Source of the DNA: an uncultured Methanosarcinaceae archaeon
GTDB taxonomy: Archaea > Halobacteriota > Methanosarcinia > Methanosarcinales > Methanosarcinaceae
Assembly (NCBI GenBank): GCA_963833425.1
Contig: CAWHXP010000001.1
Location: 1 to 11,473, forward strand
Reading direction: 5' to 3'
DNA: 11,473 bases
The notes under the pieces were generated by a model, which did not search any database, was not told the DNA's origin, and saw only the letters and a program-made list of their open reading frames with translations. Positions 1 through 6,355 of this stretch are shown piece after piece. How positions within the stretch are numbered: the first letter of the stretch is position 1; each line of letters opens with the position of its first letter. The position numbers were made by a program, and so were the translations under genes.

Positions 1-286
1 CTCTAGGACTTTTACCACGTTCACGGATTGATGTTGTTATCATTCCCAAATCTACCAATTCGTGCAGAGCTCTTGTGAAAGATCTTTTATTGACACCAAA
101 AGTATCCTTTGCTTTCGAACTGGAAATAACAAGATCTTTTTTCGTTTGTTTTAAACCTTTTACGTACCAGATATACAAAGCTAATTTAGTAGCATTTACG
201 TTACCTTGTAGCAGTAAAGCTTTCTGAATCCAAGGAAGTGGAGTATTGGGGATAAAATGACATTTTAATTTTTTATTAATTGTCAT
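1..286 (-). CDS. Small winged-helix DNA-binding protein, partial (runs off window); missed by the ORF track
   Basis: Hand translation from ATG at 286 gives an open frame to the edge: MTINKKLKCHFIPNTPLPWIQKALLLQGNVNATKLALYIWYVKGLKQTKKDLVISSSKAKDTFGVNKRSFTRALHELVDLGMITTSIRERGKSPR. The FGVNKRSFTRALHELVDLGMI segment fits a wHTH recognition helix plus wing. Confidence 0.75.
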   Translation of the reverse strand, partial: MTINKKLKCHFIPNTPLPWIQKALLLQGNVNATKLALYIWYVKGLKQTKKDLVISSSKAKDTFGVNKRSFTRALHELVDLGMITTSIRERGKSPR

Positions 287-347
287 ATTATTTACCTATA
301 TAATATAAAATACTAAAAAAATCTAAAAATAATTAATAGAACGGAGT

Positions 348-408
348 AGAATCCATGTCTATTTAAATAGTCACAGATTCCGATGTAAATAGTCATAAAT
401 TCCTATGT
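348..408. repeat. Iteron-like cluster: two tandem 22-bp imperfect direct repeats plus one inverted copy
   Basis: TAAATAGTCACAGATTCCGATG (364-385) and TAAATAGTCATAAATTCCTATG (386-407) match at 19/22. Positions 348-365 are an inverted copy of the first 18 nt (14/18), creating the palindrome CTATTTAAATAG (359-370). An AT-rich tract (about 262-340) lies immediately to the left. Confidence 0.75.
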
Positions 409-416
409 TGTTTTTA

Positions 417-1121
417 TCAAGCGTCCGAAATTTCAGCTTTAATTTCTTGTATAATTCTTAGGATCTTTTTCCAAGTCTCAACTCCCCTAAGATCAGAATA
501 TCTATCAGGATATTTAATGACATTAGCTTCCGTTTTAATGGAATTACCAGACCCCAAAACTATGGAAGACGCTTTGGTCATTAATTTTTGCGCTTTCAAA
601 ATAATCTCAGCGGCTTCTTCCTCATAACACTCGATAAGAATTGCGTCATGGATAGGAGCAATGAGTTTGATATTATTCTCGACAAGAAGAATGCAAGCGA
701 CTCTGAGAATTTCCGCACCTGTAGCTTGACAAGGGAAATTTTTGATTGTTCTTCCTTCTTTCTTCTCTCCGCCAAAGATGTGCATTTGCCACCCAAAACA
801 GGTAGTGATCCTTCTAAAAAAGAGTGGTATCCAGGACATGATCACACCAAGCCCAATACTTTTGGTAAACTCCTTGTGGTGCCTTAGTAGTTCTTTGGCG
901 TAAGGAGTTGATTTGCCTATACGCAAAGCCAGACTATCGGGACCCATACCATATTGAACCCCCAATACACAAGCTTTAAAAAGGTCTCTTGCAGCTTTAT
1001 GAGTCGATTTTGTTGCTTCCTGTGGCACTGCTCTGGCCTGTTTTGCAAACGCTAGATAAGGATCTCCTGACTCGTAGGCTGCTTTCATTTCAGGATCTTC
1101 GACAAAGCAGCTGCTATACAA
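417..1121 (-). CDS. Family A DNA polymerase, C-terminal part (fingers/palm); continuation of 1085..2167 across a frameshift near 1098
   Basis: Motif B RDLFKACVLGVQYG (R-x3-K-x7-YG), NFPCQATGAE (the N-x-P-x-Q-G element) and motif C IHDA. The genuine sequence probably begins at DPEMK (about 1097); the first 8 ORF residues are out-of-frame filler. Confidence 0.88.
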   Translation of the reverse strand: MYSSCFVEDPEMKAAYESGDPYLAFAKQARAVPQEATKSTHKAARDLFKACVLGVQYGMGPDSLALRIGKSTPYAKELLRHHKEFTKSIGLGVIMSWIPLFFRRITTCFGWQMHIFGGEKKEGRTIKNFPCQATGAEILRVACILLVENNIKLIAPIHDAILIECYEEEAAEIILKAQKLMTKASSIVLGSGNSIKTEANVIKYPDRYSDLRGVETWKKILRIIQEIKAEISDA

Positions 1122-2167
1122 AATTCTTGCTGAGAATAATCAATGTGAGCTAACACTTTGCCTTTTTCAGGTTTAATAAGACTCCTGAGCCAGACAGCAG
1201 GACCAAATATGAATTTACTTGTGCTTGGCTGATTTCTTCCAGTTTTAGAAGCAAACGGCGAAAGTAAGCATCTATTTCTATTGTCAGATCCAACAGAAAT
1301 TTCTGAAAGTTTCAATTGTCCTAAAATATACCGAAGATCTTTAAGCCCCTGTAGTTGCGGATATGAAACAACCATTTCCTTGAAAGTATCATCTTTTATT
1401 TCTAAATTTCCTTTCTCAGTCCTTGGCCAAGAGATCCCATTTTTATTCAAATACTGCTCAAACTTAGAAATCTTGAATATAGTGCCTTCGTAAACTCCAT
1501 AGAAGAGATCTATTTCCTGAATTAATTTCTCCTTAATTAAAGTCCAATTTTCCTTTAAAGCTATTAAAGTTTCAATGTCGATCGGAATTCCATTATATTC
1601 CATTATTGCTACTGCTTCCATATACTTACCGCGAAAAAGTGCTGTGCCAATGTCAAAACTGCTCTCCATTGATATTTTTTTGAATAATTTCGCTGTTTCC
1701 ATGACGTCAGACGCGCAATAATCCATAATGTAGCTTTTTTCTTTTTCAGTATAAGGAGGCCCTTGCATTATCCTTTGTCTAGTACTTTCCTTTTCTGATT
1801 CCGCTATGGCTGCGATTCCATATTGTTGACAAGCTCCCAATAGACTTTTTGAGACACCAGGCAGCCCATTTGTAATTTTTCTAAACTCCGGATACAAATC
1901 AACTACGTGAATGGGCAAAGGCCAGTTTAGAGCTAAATGACAACCCCATTCTGCAGAACTAAAATATGCAACAAATAAATCAGTTTCATCCATAGGGTAT
2001 GGTGGTTTAAGGGTAAGGGGGTTTTTTCCTTCTAACCATACTTTTTTAGTTTCCCCAGAAATAATTTCGTGCGCTACAATACACACAGGTTTCGACGTCT
2101 CTCCCGAATCAGCGATAAATTCGAAGTCTATTACAAAAATATTTTTAAAAATAGGGAGCATTTTCAC
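1085..2167 (-). CDS. Family A DNA polymerase, N-terminal part (3'-5' exonuclease, thumb, motif A); no 5'-3' exonuclease domain
   Basis: ExoI IDFEF, ExoIII YCASDV, ME-x-NGIPID, SKTGRNQPS (TGR motif), LRSLIKP and motif A DYSQQE. The GTG start overlaps the upstream stop (GTGA, 2164-2167). Confidence 0.88.
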   Translation of the reverse strand: MKMLPIFKNIFVIDFEFIADSGETSKPVCIVAHEIISGETKKVWLEGKNPLTLKPPYPMDETDLFVAYFSSAEWGCHLALNWPLPIHVVDLYPEFRKITNGLPGVSKSLLGACQQYGIAAIAESEKESTRQRIMQGPPYTEKEKSYIMDYCASDVMETAKLFKKISMESSFDIGTALFRGKYMEAVAIMEYNGIPIDIETLIALKENWTLIKEKLIQEIDLFYGVYEGTIFKISKFEQYLNKNGISWPRTEKGNLEIKDDTFKEMVVSYPQLQGLKDLRYILGQLKLSEISVGSDNRNRCLLSPFASKTGRNQPSTSKFIFGPAVWLRSLIKPEKGKVLAHIDYSQQEFCIAAALSKILK

Positions 2168-2736
2168 TGCTCCCCTCTAAGTTGCTTCAAGACTGGATGA
2201 TTTATCGAATCAATAATCTTATTTTTAAAAGCAATATTTAAAGCATCTTTTATTGTTTTTGGGTCCTTTGGCCATTTAGGTTCAGGCAACTCACCTTTTG
2301 CTAGGGATATTTCATAAGCACCTAGAGCCTTGTTAGCCTTGATCCGAACCCATTTTTTCGTGCCAATTGCGTATGATTCTCTTCGAGTTCGGTGGTATCC
2401 ATTATCTTTACCGTCTTGATCGGGGAGTGGGACATCTGAAAGGAAAAATATTTTGTGGGTATGTGTTATCAAAGTGTAGATCATTACAGGCTTTAACCTT
2501 CCAATATCCATTACGTCTGAGATCAGCTCTGGAGCTACGATATATTTTTCCTCATCCCCTTCATTCAAATCGAGAAGATACAGTGAGAAAGTCCACTCCG
2601 AGTCGTCTCTAACCCTAAAAAATTCGTATGCATTCGGCTTTCTTATTGGAATGGTAGTGATCAATTTTTCGACCATCATTCCAGCCGCAAAAGTGGGTGA
2701 CAATTTGACACTATCAAAATCGAAATCCACTCTCAT
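2164..2736 (-). CDS. Hypothetical protein translationally coupled to the polymerase; possible ssDNA-binding/replication accessory factor
   Basis: Clean 190-aa ORF with AGGAG upstream and a 4-nt overlap with the polA start. Beta-strand-like pattern with many aromatic and basic residues (TIPIRKPNAYEFFRVR, KKWVRI, PEPKWP). The SSB role is inference from context only. Confidence 0.7.
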   Translation of the reverse strand: MRVDFDFDSVKLSPTFAAGMMVEKLITTIPIRKPNAYEFFRVRDDSEWTFSLYLLDLNEGDEEKYIVAPELISDVMDIGRLKPVMIYTLITHTHKIFFLSDVPLPDQDGKDNGYHRTRRESYAIGTKKWVRIKANKALGAYEISLAKGELPEPKWPKDPKTIKDALNIAFKNKIIDSINHPVLKQLRGEQ

Positions 2737-2770
2737 GGTCTCCTGAAATCTTTCGGATTATGGTTTTTAG

Positions 2771-2932
2771 TCATTCTTTGTTGCCACCTGCAATTTGTAT
2801 AATTCGTTTTGCGATGACTCTTTCCAGGGGGTCAGTGCTCTTCCTCATATGTTCCAAGATGTCAGGATATTGAGAGTTTACACGCTTTGACCATTCCACA
2901 AATAATAAATTACTTTGGGTCATATTTTCCAT
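2771..2932 (-). CDS. Small hypothetical protein (53 aa), below the ORF-track cutoff
   Basis: MENMTQSNLLFVEWSKRVNSQYPDILEHMRKSTDPLERVIAKRIIQIAGGNKE*. AGGAG lies upstream (2944-2948). It fills the gap in the operon between AbrB and the 190-aa ORF and has a helical amphipathic pattern. Confidence 0.7.
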   Translation of the reverse strand: MENMTQSNLLFVEWSKRVNSQYPDILEHMRKSTDPLERVIAKRIIQIAGGNKE

Positions 2933-3158
2933 AGCCGGCACATCTCCTTAAAACGGTGGTTGTTGTCGTTGTTCCGGTCCCCTTAGAGCCTTGGTCGGAC
3001 TGAGGGACCGGGCAAATCTGTAAATTTCCGTCTTCTAATAGTTCGATTCGTACTTGATCACTTTTTTTCATTTCGTTGCTTGTGATCCACTCACTAGGTA
3101 GAGAGACAAAAAACGAACCTCTTACCTGTTGAATTTTTTTATTTTTAAATCTAAACAT
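2910..3158 (-). CDS. AbrB/MazE/SpoVT-family DNA-binding protein
   Basis: KIQQVRGSFFVSLPSEWITSNEMKKSDQVRIELLEDGNLQI matches the swapped-hairpin pattern (GS-x-x-V-x-LP-x-x-W ... D-x-V). The low-complexity C-terminal tail overlaps a hairpin and the next gene. Confidence 0.78.
   Translation of the reverse strand: MFRFKNKKIQQVRGSFFVSLPSEWITSNEMKKSDQVRIELLEDGNLQICPVPQSDQGSKGTGTTTTTTVLRRCAGYGKYDPK
2974..3011 (-). promoter_or_regulatory. GC-rich stem-loop within the AbrB gene tail, upstream of the replication genes
   Basis: CCGGTCCC (2974-2981) pairs with GGGACCGG (3004-3011), extendable by about 4 bp past a 1-nt bulge. It stands out in AT-rich surroundings. Confidence 0.45.
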
Positions 3159-3321
3159 TTTACTACCACTATTTCTTACTTAGGAAATTACATGTATAAA
3201 TATCTGAAAATGATATTCCTCAGGTTGAATATCACCTGGATATTAGAACTAAACTATATCCAGTACCCCTATAAAATGTAAAATAACAAAGCTTAAGATC
3301 CAGCAGTTTATGTAATTTCAT
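3159..3321. promoter_or_regulatory. Divergent promoter/operator region between AbrB and wHTH genes
   Basis: Minus-strand TATA-like TTTATACA (3200-3193). Inverted repeats TGATATTC-N8-GAATATCA (3211-3234) and CTGGATAT-N12-ATATCCAG (3236-3263). Confidence 0.55.
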
Positions 3322-4002
3322 ATGAATGAAGATGAAAATGAACAAAAGAGGAGAATCCGAGGCGAGCGTTTAAATAAAAACGAAGCAAAAATCGAAATTG
3401 TCAAGTACATTCTCATTAAAAATGATGTGGTATCAGGGCCAGATATAATAAAACATATTCAGAAAAAATATAATCTATTAGATGAGAACAACATTAGGTC
3501 TCACTTGAAAGGTTTAAAACAAAAAGGTTGCATCGAAATAATTCCACGAGATCCGGGGTCATATCATAAATGGAAAATTGAAAAATTAGAAACTTTGCGG
3601 AATATACGAAAACACTATCCTGAGATACAATTAAATAGATATGATCAGGCTTTAAATCTAATCCTTGAAGAGCAAATCATTAAAGGATATCCTTGTATAG
3701 ATGCTATTCATGCCAAAGAGCTTCGTATTCAGTTGTCCCATTCGATTCACTTTTTTGATAAGTGCTTGAAAAATAGCTTTAAAACCTTATACGATGATGT
3801 CGAAGATATTTACAGTCTCGGTAAACGTGCAGATTCTTATGAAAATTTCGAAAATCATGCTTATGAATTCCCTACCCAATCTCTAAGCCAGACTCAAGTC
3901 CCCTCTTATTTTTTAGACTTTCTTTGGGATATCTTCTTAAGGATGGAGAGGCATTCGTTATACCCTAATTACCGGTCAGTTAAGGACTATTATAGATTAT
4001 GA
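3322..4002 (+). CDS. N-terminal winged-helix domain protein, putative element regulator
   Basis: IVKYIL...VSGPDIIKHIQKKY...NNIRSHLKGLKQKGCIE is a wHTH pattern. Divergent from the AbrB operon. The C-terminal region is unassigned. Confidence 0.68.
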   Translation: MNEDENEQKRRIRGERLNKNEAKIEIVKYILIKNDVVSGPDIIKHIQKKYNLLDENNIRSHLKGLKQKGCIEIIPRDPGSYHKWKIEKLETLRNIRKHYPEIQLNRYDQALNLILEEQIIKGYPCIDAIHAKELRIQLSHSIHFFDKCLKNSFKTLYDDVEDIYSLGKRADSYENFENHAYEFPTQSLSQTQVPSYFLDFLWDIFLRMERHSLYPNYRSVKDYYRL

Positions 4003-4014
4003 CTAAATAGCAGA

Positions 4015-4690
4015 ACAAGTTGCCCTTCCAGTCACATTTTTTTTAAAAGGGATATATGACTCACACCAATACATTTGCTGCGTCAAAATTTTTGCGAGAC
4101 GAATAAGCTAAGTCAGCAGAAATCTCATTCATTGAGAAGCCTTCTGATGCCTGATTAATCAATTGGCTAAACTGTGGGGAGTCATTGTAATCCCATCAAT
4201 TATGATCACAGAAGCGACTGTGTTGATCTTTACACCCACACATATAAGCCTTAAGGCACTTATGTTCTTTGCTCTGTCCATGTTCCATTTCGTTGCATAT
4301 GAGGAATGTTGTTGATCTGAATCCCGTAGAATCGACGACGAAATTAGTAGCTAATCCGGCTACTGGTAATGCAGATACGTAGACCAATTTCTGTAAAATT
4401 GGAGTAATATTTAGATGTTGAAGAGTTTTGATGGCGCATTGAAATGGGTTGCGTGTTCTATTTGTCCTTTTTCAGTTGCATTCTGAAAGAGACTAAATGA
4501 TGACGGCTGGATAACTGAGAGTACACTTTCTGAATGGCACAGAATAGAGATTCAGGAATTAACAAGCTTGGCCTTCTTATTGTTTGCCTTGGTTCAGGGA
4601 TTGCCACAAATAAATCTTTCAGCAATTCATCAAATAGCTCGACTTCCACATTTTAAGCTTCGTTATGAGCTGTCTATGCTTGTGAGTCAT
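4015..4690 (-). pseudogene. Degraded, truncated DDE transposase (IS5/IS4-like)
   Basis: Fragments across several frames: EVELFDELLKDL...RRPSL...YSQLSSR, VDSTGF (first catalytic D), GVKIN, NDSPQF, EISADLAYSSRKN (second D) and YIPFKKNVTGRA. Multiple frameshifts and in-frame stops. The third acidic residue region and terminal repeats were not seen. Confidence 0.8.
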
Positions 4691-4749
4691 TTGGAATTTG
4701 AAATCAAAAGATGCAATTTTGAGTTTTGGGATCAAGCTCTACGAGAAAG

Positions 4750-5886
4750 TTATTTTCCTGCTTTGAGCATCAACTCCTTTAACTTAGAAATTTCATCAAG
4801 TTCCTGTTTTAACACATTTTTCATTTCCCGGATTTCGTTAAGATCTGCAAATTGCATATAATCGGTTTTTACGGATTCTACAGTGGATGAAACTTCCTGC
4901 GTAAGTGGCAGTCCACATTTAAAACAAAATAAAGCATTTTCTGGATTTATTTCCTTACAACGTGGGCATTTATTAACAGTAAATTTTTTGGGGGCTTCTT
5001 CAGTCTCGATTCCGTGCAATTTAAGTATAGCATTATCCACATCTCTACCTGACATATGCACATATACACTCGCCATATTACTTGATTTAGTCCAGCCTAA
5101 ATATTCTTTTAAAAGTTGTTCAGGTAATTGTTCGGCTAAATGTGTTGCTCGGGCATGTCTAAATGCATGTGGATAAACTCTTTTTGGCTGGATATCTGCT
5201 CTATTTGCTATTTTGTGTAGTTGATCTGCAAGTCCTACAAATGTGATGACTCCAAAAGGAGAATTAGTTGAACAGAATAGGTAAGCATCATGATTATTCT
5301 TTAATGGATGCGTGTCAATCCACTGTTTAAGGTAAGACGAAGCTAATACAAGTCTCACGCGGCGACTTCCTGTTTTCCCTTTCTGTATATTAAGAATTGC
5401 CCCATTCTCGTCAAAAGTCACATGTTTAAGTTGAACTGTTAGTAATTCGCCCCTTCTAGCTCCGCTTTCATAAAAAGTAGCAACTATAGCCCGATCTCTG
5501 TTACTTAGACATGAATCAATTAATTTTTCAATTTCTTCGCGAGTCAAAATATCTTCGGGGATTTTCCCATTTTTTAGCGTCCGCAATTTTATTACGGCTC
5601 CGAGTTCATGATTTATAAAAGTCAAGAATTTTTTTAAAACCGTTCGGATTTTTTGTTGTGTACCAGGCGAGTACTTAACTGCCTTACCAGCTTTGATGTA
5701 TGTATAGGCATTTATAAAATCCAGATAATCGTAAACATCGTCTGTAGTAAATTCCTTTAATTCTCGATCTCCACACCATTCTATGAACTTTATAAGTGTA
5801 TATTCAGCAGTTGCAATTGTCTCTTCCGTAAGTCCATCTGCTTGACACTTCCTTAAGTAATCTTTTAAGATCTTTGAATTATCCAT
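4750..5886 (-). CDS. Tyrosine recombinase/integrase (XerC/D-like) with C-terminal zinc ribbon
   Basis: Full catalytic set: ESGARRGEL (R), GKTG (K), HAFRH (HxxR), LGW, VYVH (Y). CPRC-x10-CFKC followed by a coiled-coil-like tail. Uninterrupted 378 aa. Confidence 0.93.
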   Translation of the reverse strand: MDNSKILKDYLRKCQADGLTEETIATAEYTLIKFIEWCGDRELKEFTTDDVYDYLDFINAYTYIKAGKAVKYSPGTQQKIRTVLKKFLTFINHELGAVIKLRTLKNGKIPEDILTREEIEKLIDSCLSNRDRAIVATFYESGARRGELLTVQLKHVTFDENGAILNIQKGKTGSRRVRLVLASSYLKQWIDTHPLKNNHDAYLFCSTNSPFGVITFVGLADQLHKIANRADIQPKRVYPHAFRHARATHLAEQLPEQLLKEYLGWTKSSNMASVYVHMSGRDVDNAILKLHGIETEEAPKKFTVNKCPRCKEINPENALFCFKCGLPLTQEVSSTVESVKTDYMQFADLNEIREMKNVLKQELDEISKLKELMLKAGK

Positions 5887-5932
5887 ACTAACTTGATGGA
5901 ATTAATCATAGATAAACAATATAGGTATTTAT

Positions 5933-5949
5933 GTTGGTTCAGAACCAAC
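5933..5949. promoter_or_regulatory. Perfect 17-bp palindrome upstream of the integrase
   Basis: GTTGGTTC-A-GAACCAAC, about 47 nt upstream of the integrase ATG and just upstream of a TATA-like TTTATCTA (5916-5909, minus strand). Confidence 0.45.
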
Positions 5950-6334
5950 GAAAAAATTTACATGATCATCATTACAGATCACATCAAACTCAAAACAATA
6001 CCTCTTGCCAATTTTAAAGCGAATATATTTCAAAATCGTTGAATATAACATTGCCTAAAAGAAATTTTTCATGATAATTCACGTAAAAAAATATAGTATC
6101 TTAGAGGATTTCGAGAAGCTCCGAAGTTTTATCACATGATTATAAGTTATATATAAGTTATTCGTGAAAATAGAGGTTTAACAAATCCTCCTTATTTTTA
6201 TAAACACAATGGTTTGAATTCTGTAATTACATTTTAATTCAAAAGCGCAGCAGAATAAAATATGAATCAGTCAGTTAATAAAGTTTCTAGGGAAAATTCA
6301 CGTACCAATGAAAGCTAAGGTATTCGACTGGAAT

Positions 6335-6347
6335 AAAAAAGTGAAAA
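6335..6347 (-). terminator. Putative oligo-T archaeal terminator after porB
   Basis: TTTTCACTTTTTT on the minus strand shortly after the porB stop. The region is AT-rich, so specificity is low. Confidence 0.35.
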
Positions 6348-6355
6348 TTTAGTTT

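Larger units (their letters stand above)
1..5950. mobile_element. Integrated mobile element (integrative plasmid/provirus-like) carrying a PolA replication cassette; extends past the left window edge; right boundary lies somewhere between 5887 and 6355
   Basis: Tyrosine integrase next to host por genes, followed by a wHTH/AbrB divergent pair, small ORFs, a DNA polymerase and a repeat cluster. Visibly more AT-rich than the por genes. No att site identified, so the boundary is approximate. Confidence 0.8.

Noticed and set aside
348..408. Repeat cluster as a mini-CRISPR array
   Set aside because: The repeats abut each other with no spacers, there are only two direct copies, and no cas genes are visible.
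588..2612. Alternative ORFs 588..887, 596..796, 1281..1493 and 2367..2612
   Set aside because: Antisense or off-frame shadows of polA and the 190-aa gene, with no recognisable motifs.
2910..3158. AbrB gene as the antitoxin of a toxin-antitoxin pair
   Set aside because: No PIN, MazF or Doc-like toxin motif in the downstream ORFs.
4196..4649. ORFs 4196..4387 and 4458..4649 as independent genes
   Set aside because: They are consecutive fragments of one decayed transposase.
4568..5176. Plus-strand ORFs 4568..4861 and 4883..5176
   Set aside because: Antisense to the integrase and transposase remnant, with no independent support.
5887..6355. tRNA gene or dif-like site at the element boundary
   Set aside because: The region is AT-rich with no cloverleaf or T-loop consensus, and I could not match a convincing dif-type arm-spacer-arm site by eye.
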